Origin: Rubripirellula sp.
GTDB taxonomy: Bacteria > Planctomycetota > Planctomycetia > Pirellulales > Pirellulaceae
DNA length: 64,000 bases
Direction: 5' to 3'
Assembly: GCA_965216875.1 (NCBI GenBank)
Contig: OZ244207.1
Coordinates: forward strand, 4,544,001 to 4,608,000
Position numbers and translations under genes: made by a program. Of the stretch, positions 20,815 to 30,661 are shown piece after piece. Under the pieces are notes generated by a model. The model searched no databases, had not been told where the DNA came from, and was given only the letters and a program-made list of their open reading frames with translations. The number at the start of each line of letters is the position of its first letter. Within the stretch, counting starts at the first letter, position 1.

Positions 20815-21039
20815 CGATGTGACGCGCGTTGATGGTGAAGGGGGCTACGTAAGCAACCCTTCCATCCTAGCGTCCGTTTCGATTTGTCCCACCCAGCCAC
20901 AAGTGGCCAGCGACAAGAGGCCGCGATTTGTGAGCGGCGATGCCCGAAAAAGGCAATCGCGTGTGTGTGCTTGATGCTGGGATGCGCAGGAGAATCCACG
21001 AATCATCCAAATCACACGAATAGGAATCTCTGACAAGCT

Positions 21040-21681
21040 CTAGTTCCGACGCCACTCGGTGTAGCGGTCACGGTACCCGTGATGCTTGCTCCAATGACGC
21101 TTGCCACTGGCGCCGAAATGGCCATACGAGTAGGGTGTCTTCCACGTCTCGCGCTGATTGGCCATCGGCAGCTTCGCTTGCGATTGTTGAAAGTGATGCC
21201 ACGAAAGATGGGGCGGATGGTACTTCTGAGCCTTCTCGTGGTGGCGCTGGATCGTCGACGGCTTTTTGCGACCAGGTGCTTGAATGATCTGGTGCTGGTG
21301 CAGATCTGGGGACATGACAGCAACCGGTTCGTGCAAGTGGTGATCGTGGATGTGTCCGGCTTGCCGAACGGGCGCGGGCTGAACGGTTTGCCTTGCGGGC
21401 TGGGCGGCGTGCCGTGTCGGCTGACTTGCGGGCTGGCTTGTGCGCGAACGAAGAGCGTTTTGCGGAATCCGAGCGTTCGAGGAAGGTGCGTTGTGCGCGG
21501 CACGGTGAACTTGTTGCGTCGCGACCGGCTGAACCACGCTCGCTTGTCGAACGGGCTGAGGCCAACCGTTTGAAAGCATTTGCGTCCCCTCTTCAGCGCC
21601 GACGCCTGAGCCTGTGGAAGCGATAAGCAGCGCGAGAGAGACAACCGCAGCGGAGCGATTGATAGCGACAGTGTTCTTCAT
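21040..21681 (-). CDS. Exported His/Gln/Pro-rich hypothetical protein
   Basis: Signal peptide from ATG 21681; HIHDHHLHE; aromatic C-terminal motif PYSYGHFGA...GYRDRYTEW. Confidence 0.65.
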   Translation of the reverse strand: MKNTVAINRSAAVVSLALLIASTGSGVGAEEGTQMLSNGWPQPVRQASVVQPVATQQVHRAAHNAPSSNARIPQNALRSRTSQPASQPTRHAAQPARQTVQPAPVRQAGHIHDHHLHEPVAVMSPDLHQHQIIQAPGRKKPSTIQRHHEKAQKYHPPHLSWHHFQQSQAKLPMANQRETWKTPYSYGHFGASGKRHWSKHHGYRDRYTEWRRN

Positions 21682-22092
21682 CACACAACTCTCAAACAGG
21701 GCAACATGAGTAAACCTTGACGGCTGAACCTGTTTTTCTGATCGTCCTGCGTCGAGATCACGGCCAGATAAATTTCCGCAACCTGGTGTTTTGGTAACGA
21801 AAACATGGCTTCCGATCACAAACTGCCAAGGACCAAAAACTGCTCTGGCGGTGTCGCGACGCAGATCTGTATCGTTTCACGGTAATCCCCTTCCAAATCG
21901 GCGGGGCAGCGGGAGACGCTGCTGCTGGTAGGCTTGAAACAATCCAAAAGGCTATTCGGAAAGTGACGGCTGATTCGGTTGGGGAGACAGCTCACAGCGA
22001 CTTGGCTTCGGATCAGTTTGCAAAACGATCCAGGCGATAACACCGTTAGTGATGACACGAGGTCATCCACACTGCACACACGGAAGAGTGCT

Positions 22093-22971
22093 ATGAAAAT
22101 GAAACGTCGCCAGTTTGTCACGATGGTCGGATCACTTGCTGCGATCGCAGGTACACGCACCGTCTTTGCTGACAATAACCAACTGCAGGAACCGGTACAC
22201 CGTGTCGCCAATGCGAGCGTTGCCCCAGCTCCCAACACGATTCATCCGCTCGACCGAGCGCTCGACATCGCGCGTCGCGGTCTCGAACAAAGCCGTGCTC
22301 AAGTCGTCGACTACACCGCGTTGCTCGTTAAACGAGAGCGGGTTGGCGACACGCTCAATCCGCATGAATTCATGTACGTCAAAGTACGCAACCGCAAAGT
22401 CGAAGGCGGCCGCGTTGTCCAGCCACTGAGCGTTTACCTGAACTTCCTGAAGCCGACCGCGGTCAAAGGCCGCGAGGTGATCTACGTCGAAGGCCGAAAC
22501 GAGGGCAACATCACCGCGCACGAAGGTGGCTTCAAGGGACGATTCCTACCAACCGTCAATGTCCCGCCCGACGGGATGATCGCGATGCGTGGACAACGCT
22601 ACCCGGTAACCGAAATTGGTGTCGAAAACCTGATCGTGAAGCTGATCGAACGTGGCGGTCGTGCTCGCCAATCACCCGACGTGCAATGCGAATTCCGCAA
22701 GAACGCTCGCGTGAAAGACCGCGTCTGTACCGTCATGCAAGTGACGCAACCCACACGTCGTGCGGACGCCGAGTTCTATCAGGCACAAGTCTTTATTGAT
22801 GACGAATTGAACATGCCCATCCGCTACATCGCCTACGATTGGCCAAAGCGTGAAGGAGCTGCTCCCGAAGTGATCGAAGAATACAACTATCTGAACTTGA
22901 AGCTGAACGTTGGCTTGACCGACGCCGACTTCGATCCAAACAACGCAGCCTACAACTTCTATAACAAGTAG
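22093..22971 (+). CDS. DUF1571 family protein with Tat-like signal
   Basis: MKMKRRQFVTM; DYTALLVKRERV, SVYLNF, GREVIYVEG, RYPVTEIG, EEYNYLNLKLNVGLTDADFDP. Confidence 0.85.
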   Translation: MKMKRRQFVTMVGSLAAIAGTRTVFADNNQLQEPVHRVANASVAPAPNTIHPLDRALDIARRGLEQSRAQVVDYTALLVKRERVGDTLNPHEFMYVKVRNRKVEGGRVVQPLSVYLNFLKPTAVKGREVIYVEGRNEGNITAHEGGFKGRFLPTVNVPPDGMIAMRGQRYPVTEIGVENLIVKLIERGGRARQSPDVQCEFRKNARVKDRVCTVMQVTQPTRRADAEFYQAQVFIDDELNMPIRYIAYDWPKREGAAPEVIEEYNYLNLKLNVGLTDADFDPNNAAYNFYNK

Positions 22972-23036
22972 GTCCTCGGACGCCCCCAATCTTCCGTAGC
23001 TACGCTCGCCAGTGCGTGGAGGGCAAAGGCCCGACG

Positions 23037-23254
23037 CTAGCGCTGCGGATTGCAATTCTGGTGCCACCAGTGCAACTTCTTGGGCTGTCTGGGTGGTACC
23101 GTGAGCCGCTGGCCGTCAGGCCTCGGGCCCTTGCCGACGCACAACTGGTGTGAAGGCGATTAAGGCCCGGCCGCTTACGTGATCGCGGCTCAGTTGTGTG
23201 AACTTGGGCAAGGATTTCTGCCGGTGGAAGCGCAATTGCAATCCGTAGCACTAG
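23037..23254. mobile_element. MITE-like element: ~21 bp terminal inverted repeats ending in CTAG around a GTGAGCC-type REP doublet
   Basis: Left CTAGCGCTGCGGATTGCAATT, right AATTGCAATCCGTAGCACTAG (2 mismatches); interior shared with 1241-1396; preceded by a GTAG-REP at 22996-23019. Confidence 0.6.
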
Positions 23255-23327
23255 CGAGTTCGACCCATGGGGCGCGGAGCGGCCAAGAATGCGTCACCAC
23301 GGAGAACGCGGTTACGAGGATGCGGCG

Positions 23328-23936
23328 TCATGCCTTTGGGCGTGGCATCTCGAATCGATCGGTTGTGAGAACATAGGTTGCACCACCCATGCGTCCAATC
23401 GTCTCGAGCTTGGTTGCATCGAGACGCCCGTCGACCACCAAATCGTCTCGGACGTCGATCCAGACAATCCTGCCCACCACAAGATTGGCGCCGGCGGGTC
23501 CACTTCCAAGCTGGATCGCTTGCAGTAGTTCGCACTCGATCGACGCGGCCGCACCTGCAACACGCGGCACATCGACTTTGCTCGAATCGGCGGTAGCGAC
23601 CGATGCGATCTTGAACTCGTCTTGATCAGCCTCATATTCGCCGGCCGTCAGATTCATCGCATCAACCACGTCACTGGTGACGAGATTGACCACGAACTGG
23701 CCCGTCTCGCGAACGTTGGCCAACGTGTCTTTGGGACGCCCATCTCGCTGATTGGCGGGACAGAACATCAACGTCGGCGGATTGGCGCCGACGCCGTTGA
23801 AGAAGCTAAAGGGTGCGAGGTTCCTGACACCGCTCGATGATTGGGTCGAAACCCAAGCGATTGGGCGTGGCGTGATCAGGTTGACCATCCACGCGTACAT
23901 CGCCCCCTTGGAGAGCTCGCTTGGATCCAACTGCAT
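23328..23936 (-). CDS. Flavin reductase-like (FMN-binding split-barrel) protein
   Basis: ITPRPIAWVST, NLAPFSFFN, KDTLANVRETGQFVVN, IGRMGG..Y. Confidence 0.9.
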   Translation of the reverse strand: MQLDPSELSKGAMYAWMVNLITPRPIAWVSTQSSSGVRNLAPFSFFNGVGANPPTLMFCPANQRDGRPKDTLANVRETGQFVVNLVTSDVVDAMNLTAGEYEADQDEFKIASVATADSSKVDVPRVAGAAASIECELLQAIQLGSGPAGANLVVGRIVWIDVRDDLVVDGRLDATKLETIGRMGGATYVLTTDRFEMPRPKA

Positions 23937-23966
23937 CGGACACCTCGGTCAACGCCAACACGATCG

Positions 23967-24761
23967 CTAGGAAAGAAGCGAAACCATTGACTGATGTAGC
24001 TTCGGCGCCGCGCTCACACAAAACCGCGGCTTCCAATCGTCCATCTCTTCTCCGTCGCAAGCGGTCAGCTGCGCACCGGCTTCGCGAGCAATGACCGTGC
24101 CCGCAGCCGAGTCCCAGGCGGCGACATTGGTCGCCCAGTAGGCATCAAGCCGGCCGTCGGCAACGTAGCACATGTTGAGTGCGCACGAACCAAGCCGGCG
24201 CAACGAACGGCATTGCTCGAGGACCTTGGTGAAACGCACGACTTCGGGCGCATCCGCTTTCACACCCGCCGGAAAACTGCAAGCGATCAACGCGTGACCG
24301 AGATCCTCGCAATCACTGACCTTCATCCGACGACCATTGACGAAGGCTCCCTGGCCATCCACGGCCGTAAACATTTCGTCCATCACCGGGTCGTAGATCA
24401 CTCCCAGTCGCATCTTGCCTGCGGAATAAAGTCCGATCGAAACGGCAAAGCTCTGCAAACGGTGCACGAAGTTCACGGTGCCGTCGAGCGGGTCGACCAC
24501 CCAACAGGGCGGCGCATCCGGATCGCCACGACGCACACTTTCGGGCGGATCATTTTCGCCTTCTTCTTCACCGACGAACGCGTAAGCGTCAAAGGCTTCG
24601 AGCAAGAGTTTTCGAATCGCAGCCTGACTTGCCAGATCGGCGTCGGTGACAAGGTCTTTGGGGGCTTTTTCGCTGACAACACGATCATCACGCCGCGCCA
24701 TCAATTCCTTCGCCCCCGCCTTGGCAGCGGCAACGGCAACGTCCAAGTGTGTTTGATCCAT
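23967..24761 (-). CDS. suhB: Inositol monophosphatase family protein
   Basis: DLVTDAD, GEE, WVVDPLDGTVNF, RRLGSCAL, WDSAAG. Confidence 0.9.
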   Translation of the reverse strand: MDQTHLDVAVAAAKAGAKELMARRDDRVVSEKAPKDLVTDADLASQAAIRKLLLEAFDAYAFVGEEEGENDPPESVRRGDPDAPPCWVVDPLDGTVNFVHRLQSFAVSIGLYSAGKMRLGVIYDPVMDEMFTAVDGQGAFVNGRRMKVSDCEDLGHALIACSFPAGVKADAPEVVRFTKVLEQCRSLRRLGSCALNMCYVADGRLDAYWATNVAAWDSAAGTVIAREAGAQLTACDGEEMDDWKPRFCVSAAPKLHQSMVSLLS

Positions 24762-24763
24762 GG

Positions 24764-25903
24764 TTATTCACCGTTCTCCAAACGGCGCAATTCTTCCAAC
24801 CAAACACGAATGTCGTTGTCGTATTCGGTCGCCATGTCGCTCATGATCAATTGACGATGAAACGCCGCGGCGCCTTTTTCAACATGCTCGGCCGCTTCCG
24901 CACTCGGAAACCGTCGGTTCGGGTCAGGCGAAATCAAGCCCATCAAGAAATTCATGAGTAGTTCGTTACAAATCACATCGTCGGGCAAGATTTCGTCCAG
25001 CCGCGATGGAAGCTCGCGTTTGGCGTGCAACAAATCACGCAGTTTGCTTTGTCCGGCAAACGGGTTCGAGCCACTCAACAGTTCGATCAAGACATAACCA
25101 ACACTGGCCAAGTCGCTGCGTGGTGTCGCTTCGTAGTTTTCCAAGACTTCGGGTGCAGCATAAAGCGGCGTGCACTCACGATCGCGCGGCGGGTTGGTGT
25201 ACATGAATGCCGAACCCATGTCGATCAGCTTTGCGTGACCGCTGCGTTTGAGCATGATGTTGGCCGGCTTTACGTCGCCGTGGACAATCCCTTCTCGGTG
25301 CAGCGCAGCGAGTGCCGCGAGGCATTCACGCACAATCGCAACGGCAACGCCCGCTTTGAAACGCGACTGCTCAGGACCGTCGGTCAAAATCACTTCGTTG
25401 ATGTACTTCCAACGCCGCTGGCTAATCCTGCCCTCGAGCAGGTCAAGACACTTGGGCGAAGTCAGTTGCCGCAGGTCATACCCGTCGATCCATTCCATCA
25501 TCATGATGCGGATGCGATCACGCTCAAAGAAGTTTTGGACGTCCAGCAGGTTGTCGTGTTGGATCAGCGCCACCTGCGAGGCAATCGTTGCCACCCGAAG
25601 CATTGCGTCGTCGTAGGCGCGGGTGTCGGTGTAGCGTTCGGGCGAAAAGACTTTCATCGCAACCGGAACGGTAAACCCGTCGGTGCCACGATATTCGGTC
25701 AAATAGACCTCGCCTTGGCCCCCTCGGCCGAGCAAACGCAGGAGATGGTGATGCCCCGTCCAGCTGACTTTGGCATCACGCGTCAACGCTTCATAGCGCT
25801 GCATCAACTTGGGGTCGGCGCCAGCGCTGGCGGACCCATGATGAGTGATTGTTGGATGCGGTTCGTATCGTGTTGTCGATTGCATGCGATTTTCACCATC
25901 CAT
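24764..25903 (-). CDS. Hanks-type Ser/Thr protein kinase, soluble
   Basis: LGRGGQGEVY, VAMK, HGDVKPANI, IDMG, YAAPE; start uncertain (25885, 25903 or 25936). Confidence 0.9.
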   Translation of the reverse strand: MDGENRMQSTTRYEPHPTITHHGSASAGADPKLMQRYEALTRDAKVSWTGHHHLLRLLGRGGQGEVYLTEYRGTDGFTVPVAMKVFSPERYTDTRAYDDAMLRVATIASQVALIQHDNLLDVQNFFERDRIRIMMMEWIDGYDLRQLTSPKCLDLLEGRISQRRWKYINEVILTDGPEQSRFKAGVAVAIVRECLAALAALHREGIVHGDVKPANIMLKRSGHAKLIDMGSAFMYTNPPRDRECTPLYAAPEVLENYEATPRSDLASVGYVLIELLSGSNPFAGQSKLRDLLHAKRELPSRLDEILPDDVICNELLMNFLMGLISPDPNRRFPSAEAAEHVEKGAAAFHRQLIMSDMATEYDNDIRVWLEELRRLENGE

Positions 25904-26247
25904 GACTGAGCTGCGAAATAGGGGGGAGGATGTCACGAGTCTTCAAATGTTGTCGTGACGGTTGACACAGCAGGTCCCCGCGAAGCTCGCCTCTTTGAAA
26001 CGCGTAAGGCAGTTGCCTTCCACCGTACTTCAGCCTCCGCTGATTTGAAGGGGCCTGAGCCGGGCGTGTACCCAAAGAGTCTTTCTCCCCTATAGATTTG
26101 ACAAGCTTCCAGGGCAAATTCACAAGGTGGTTTCCTCTTCCCAGCCCCGCTTTAGCCGCACAATCGGCTCGAAGTTCCGCAATCCGCCAACCTCGTTCGG
26201 CAAACCACATTTTGGCATCCACCGACCGAGCATCGAAACCGCCCCGG

Positions 26248-27750
26248 CTATTGACGCAGGTCGAAACAGACCAGCGCGTCCCGCAACCGAACAACCATCT
26301 TACCGTCGCTCACCGCGGGAGTGCTGCAGCCCAAGGGGCCACTGCGAATCGCTTTGGCCTGCCAGACCTTTTCGGCTTCCGCCTGGCCACCATCACCGCT
26401 GGCAATCTCGTCCAATTTCAACTTCTTGCGAAGATCTTCTTCGCCAATCAAAACGGAGTCCGAATCGACCTCGGCGTCATACAACTCTTGGTACTTTTCG
26501 GCATTCGCACTGAACGAAAGGATGCCTTCCCAACTGTAGAAGACCTGGTCTCCGGCAGCGATCAGTGACGTGTAGCGTGGATTCGAGATTTTCATGGTGG
26601 TTTGCCAAACGGCCTTTCCATCTGCCAGCTTTACTTTGGCCAACCGCTTATCGCCCTGCACAAAAACCGCATCACCACGCACCACCGGTGTCGACCCGGA
26701 ATCCGCGGCTCGCTGGAATTGCCAAACCAGTTCCGGCTCTTTTTCCAACGCCGAACGATTCAGTTGATAAGCACTCAGTCCACTCTTGCGCGAAGAACCA
26801 TACGTCAACAGCAAGTCCTTTGCAACAATGGGCGTCGAACTGCCCGCCCCCGATTCCAGCTCCCAAAGCTTCTTGCCATCAGCGACGCGGAAGGCCTTTG
26901 TCGTGCCCCCACGAGAGTTCACGATTGCAACCGGCTCGGAACCTGAATTCCAAACAACGGGGCTGCTGTGTGACTGGTACTCAAGCTCCGCGTCACCTTG
27001 CCAAAGGATGGCGCCGTCTTTGGTCGAAAGAGCGGTCAAGGCGCCACACGACACCAGCGCCACGTCACCGCTAACGACAAACGAACTCGCAAAGAACTCG
27101 TCACGAAAATCCCCGGGCAATCGCTTGCTCCACAACACATCGCCCGACTTGGCGTCGTAGCAATAGGCGGTCCGTTCAGCACCAAGCACGAACAATTTGC
27201 CTTGCGAAACACAGGGAGTGCCGGAGTGCGTGAAGCGAGTGTACTTCGACTGATGACTTCGCTCCCAGATCACGTCACCGGAATCCAAGTCAACACAGAT
27301 CATTCGTTCGTCGAATCGAAAAGCTTTGGCACGCGCTTCATTTTCGTCGCGTCGTTTCACTTCGTAGTCAGCGTATTCGGCGTCCGTCATTCCGGTCCGC
27401 TTCTCCGGTGCCAACCAGGGGTACTTTGCCGGCCCCAGATCGTCAGCCGCTGGATTCTTGACCTTGGTGTGCGAATAGGCATAGACGTGATTGCCGCTAA
27501 TGATCGGCGAACTCCATCCACCACTGGTGCCGCCGGGAAACGAATCAAATTTCCACTTTGGCGCCAGCCCCTGGCTGGGCAACTGTTCGATCAATGGCCC
27601 CGATTCCACAAAGCCATTTCGCTCGGGACCACGCCACTGCGGCCAATCGGCAACGCACGTCGACGCGCCGATCGAGAGTGCTGCGATCGCGGGCAAGCCC
27701 GCTCGTAGGAACTGGAGTTTCTTAAAAGGGGCAGAAGTTGTTCGCGTCAT
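26248..27750 (-). CDS. PQQ-binding-like beta-propeller (BamB-like) protein
   Basis: DWPQWRGPERNG, SSPII, repeated DxxSGxxxW blades, STPAVSDG. Confidence 0.88.
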   Translation of the reverse strand: MTRTTSAPFKKLQFLRAGLPAIAALSIGASTCVADWPQWRGPERNGFVESGPLIEQLPSQGLAPKWKFDSFPGGTSGGWSSPIISGNHVYAYSHTKVKNPAADDLGPAKYPWLAPEKRTGMTDAEYADYEVKRRDENEARAKAFRFDERMICVDLDSGDVIWERSHQSKYTRFTHSGTPCVSQGKLFVLGAERTAYCYDAKSGDVLWSKRLPGDFRDEFFASSFVVSGDVALVSCGALTALSTKDGAILWQGDAELEYQSHSSPVVWNSGSEPVAIVNSRGGTTKAFRVADGKKLWELESGAGSSTPIVAKDLLLTYGSSRKSGLSAYQLNRSALEKEPELVWQFQRAADSGSTPVVRGDAVFVQGDKRLAKVKLADGKAVWQTTMKISNPRYTSLIAAGDQVFYSWEGILSFSANAEKYQELYDAEVDSDSVLIGEEDLRKKLKLDEIASGDGGQAEAEKVWQAKAIRSGPLGCSTPAVSDGKMVVRLRDALVCFDLRQ

Positions 27751-27849
27751 TTCAAATCCTTGTTTCAGGTCACCCGCAGTGTACCCGACCGGTGAACCCA
27801 AGTGCTCACGATTGTCCGCTGCGACGCTCGCCAGAGCGTCGAGATCATT

Positions 27850-27929
27850 GTGAGCCGAACGCGTTAGCATCTGGCCCTACACCCTTTCGCGCACCTCGCA
27901 GGACCCGACGGCTACCGCGAGGGCTCAAT
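27850..27929. repeat. Degenerate GTGAGCC-type REP doublet
   Basis: GTGAGCCGAACGCGTTAGCATCTGGCC ... CCCGACGGCTACCGCGAGGGCTCA. Confidence 0.6.
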
Positions 27930-28119
27930 TGCTGAGCATGCGGAGGGCCCGAAGAGTCAGCCGGAATCGTCGCACAATCCGCCTGAAGACGGGACGACAA
28001 ACGGCGCCGAACGCGCTTGGTTGAGCTCACTTGCCCACGACTCCAGACAATACGGCTATAATTTCGACAATGCAACCAAGTCCCCCGAACCAACATCAGG
28101 GCAACACCAGGAACGCGCC

Positions 28120-29730
28120 ATGATCTTCAATCGAGTTTTCGCCGCGGCACTTTTTGTGGCAACCCTATCAGTCGCGTTTCCGACGATGACATCGGCGCAG
28201 AATCCCGACACTCAATATGTGTCGAATATGTCGATGGTCAGCGTTCGCGCCCAAGTCCCCAAAATCATGGCTTCGCCTGGCCTGGAAGCGATGCCGGTCG
28301 AGGTTGCCGAAGCGGCTGCACTCGAAACCTTCGGGCTGGACATCCGCACGATTGAGTCGATTCAAGTGATCGTTGGATTGCCCATGGGACCTGGCGACAC
28401 ACCCATCGGCGCCGTTGTTCGTCTGAACAAAGACTATGACCCCTCAGAGATTCATGAGGAGTACCTCACCGTGCCACCGACCGTCGAGGTGGGTGACAAG
28501 ACGATGTACGTGTTTGCCGGACACCCACCGATTGGTTTGGTGATGGCCGATGCACGAACCGCTTTGGTTGGTAGCGAGATGATGGTTCGCTCGATGCTGA
28601 TCGCAAACGGCGAGGGGCCACTTGCCGACTTGATTACGGAAAACCCGATCGGCGACTCAATGTTGCAAGTCATTGGCACAACCGCGCCGGCACGGCCAAT
28701 CATGACGCCCATGGTCGAACAACTCAGGCCCGGCGTCCCGCCCGCATTCCAAGACCTTTTGCGGGTACCGGAATTACTTGATGGCACAGTGATTCATGCC
28801 AGTGCTGCGAAAGAGGCATCGCTTGGAATCGAGTTGCTTGCCTCGAGTGAAGCAAACGCTCAAGAGCTCGAGAAGATCCTGATCGATTCAATCGAGCTTG
28901 GCAAACTGGCGGCGATGGCTCAAGTCGAACAGGGCATCCGCGAAGAAGGCCCGATGGCCGATGCCCAACGCGCCTACGCCAAACGAATGATCGACATGTT
29001 CTCGCGCGTCGTGAAGCCCACTCGTAATGGAGACCGGTTGGAAATCAGCGGTGAAGCAGGCGTGTCGGCCGCGACCACCGGCGTGCTTGTCGGTTTGTTG
29101 CTACCTGCCGTTCAAGCAGCCCGCGAAGCCGCTCGCAGAATGAGTGCCTCGAACAACATGAAGCAGATCGGACTGGCGATCCACAACTACCATTCGGCGT
29201 ACAAACAGCTGCCGACTGATATCGTTGACGACGAAGGGAACAAGCTGCTGAGCTGGCGCGTTGCAATCCTGCCATTCATCGAACAACAAGCCTTGTACGA
29301 AGAATTCAATCTCGACGAACCTTGGGATAGCGAAAACAACCTGCCGCTTTCGAAAAAGACACTCCAGGTTTTCCAAGATCCAAGCTTGCCGCTGCCCGAA
29401 GGGCACACGGTCTTTCAAGCCCTGGTGGGCGAAGAACTGATGTTCAACAACGAAGGCACACCCCGTTTCCGCGATGTCCTTGATGGCTTGAGCAATACCT
29501 TGATGGTCGTCGAAGCCGACGCCAGCGAAGCGACCATCTGGTCAAAACCAGGTGGCCTTGAAATCGATTGGGATGACCCTCTGCCGCAGATGGGACACGC
29601 ACACCAGGGCGGGTTCCACGTGCTGATGGGTGACGGAGCCGTCATTTTCATCACACACTCGATCAACCTTGATCTCTTCAAAGCACTGTTGACGCGTGCC
29701 GGCGGCGAAACCATCGAGGCGCAACTGTAG
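28120..29730 (+). CDS. DUF1559 domain protein with large N-terminal extension
   Basis: LLLPAVQAAREAARRMSASNNMKQIGLAIHNYH, LSWRVAILPFIE, DGLSNT, HQGGFHVLMGDG. Confidence 0.9.
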   Translation: MIFNRVFAAALFVATLSVAFPTMTSAQNPDTQYVSNMSMVSVRAQVPKIMASPGLEAMPVEVAEAAALETFGLDIRTIESIQVIVGLPMGPGDTPIGAVVRLNKDYDPSEIHEEYLTVPPTVEVGDKTMYVFAGHPPIGLVMADARTALVGSEMMVRSMLIANGEGPLADLITENPIGDSMLQVIGTTAPARPIMTPMVEQLRPGVPPAFQDLLRVPELLDGTVIHASAAKEASLGIELLASSEANAQELEKILIDSIELGKLAAMAQVEQGIREEGPMADAQRAYAKRMIDMFSRVVKPTRNGDRLEISGEAGVSAATTGVLVGLLLPAVQAAREAARRMSASNNMKQIGLAIHNYHSAYKQLPTDIVDDEGNKLLSWRVAILPFIEQQALYEEFNLDEPWDSENNLPLSKKTLQVFQDPSLPLPEGHTVFQALVGEELMFNNEGTPRFRDVLDGLSNTLMVVEADASEATIWSKPGGLEIDWDDPLPQMGHAHQGGFHVLMGDGAVIFITHSINLDLFKALLTRAGGETIEAQL

Positions 29731-29741
29731 ACAAGGTCTTC

Positions 29742-29889
29742 GTAGCTACCTTCGCCAGAAGGTGGATGTGTTTGCAAACCGCTCGCTACGCCACCACGCT
29801 CTGGCCAGCTTAGTAACGGGAATGCAATGCCCGACGCTAACGCGTTCGGCTCACGAGACAACTGAGCCGTATGCGCTAGCATCGGGCCG
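29742..29889. repeat. REP cluster (GTAGCTAC family plus two GTGAGCC-type copies)
   Basis: GTAGCTACCTTCGCCAGAAGGTGG 29742-29765; CCCGACGCTAACGCGTTCGGCTCAC; TGAGCCGTATGCGCTAGCATCGGGCC. Confidence 0.85.
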
Positions 29890-29925
29890 CGGGAGTGCCG
29901 AGCGTGATTCCCAAATGCCGACGGG

Positions 29926-30654
29926 CTATCGAAACGCCAACATCGCGATGGCCATCACCAGCATGACGCTGTTTTCGATGATCGTGACAAACGACATCGG
30001 CAGGTTGAATGCGGTTCCCAAACAAGCGCACTGAATGGTTTGCTTCTTGCGAACCGCCGAAATCACGCCGACCAGCCCCACTGCCATCACGACCGCCGTT
30101 GCTGAACCGGCAAACACCAACCAAGTGCCCGTGACAAACATAAGGCCTAAAGCCACTTCGATCGCAGGATACGCGAGCGCGTAAAAACGCGACCGCTTCG
30201 CGATCACATCGTACGTTGCAAATGCATCGGCAAACTTGGAAACGTCAAGTAGCTTGAAGAAGGCGAAGCCGAGAAAGAAGAAGCCCATGAAATAGTTCAT
30301 CGCCCGTGACCACTGCCACTGCTCATGCAGCGACTCGAACAGCACCGATGCACCGATCACGTAGGCGACCACCAACAGCAAAGGCTTGTACGTCGCGAGG
30401 CGAAAGGTAGCTTTCGCATCCGACGCTGCCGTTGGCAACGGTTCTGAAACCACGTTTGCCTCGAATCCGGCATGACGAATGACATCCAGCACATGCTCGG
30501 GTGACCCCGTGGACGTCAAATCGACCCGCACCAACTTTCTGGGGTCTTCGAGATCGGCGTCCCAGCTCGTGATCGTTTCCTCTGCATCAAGTGCAGGTTT
30601 GAGTTTGGCCAGGCATGACCCGCACGTCATACTTGTTGCGATTGTCGTCGTCAT
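29926..30654 (-). CDS. Heavy-metal-associated (HMA) domain fused to MauE/DoxX-like membrane domain
   Basis: MTCGSC; FFKLLDVSKFADAFATYD, YPAIEVALG, CACLG...TIIEN. Confidence 0.85.
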   Translation of the reverse strand: MTTTIATSMTCGSCLAKLKPALDAEETITSWDADLEDPRKLVRVDLTSTGSPEHVLDVIRHAGFEANVVSEPLPTAASDAKATFRLATYKPLLLVVAYVIGASVLFESLHEQWQWSRAMNYFMGFFFLGFAFFKLLDVSKFADAFATYDVIAKRSRFYALAYPAIEVALGLMFVTGTWLVFAGSATAVVMAVGLVGVISAVRKKQTIQCACLGTAFNLPMSFVTIIENSVMLVMAIAMLAFR

Positions 30655-30661
30655 GATTGGC

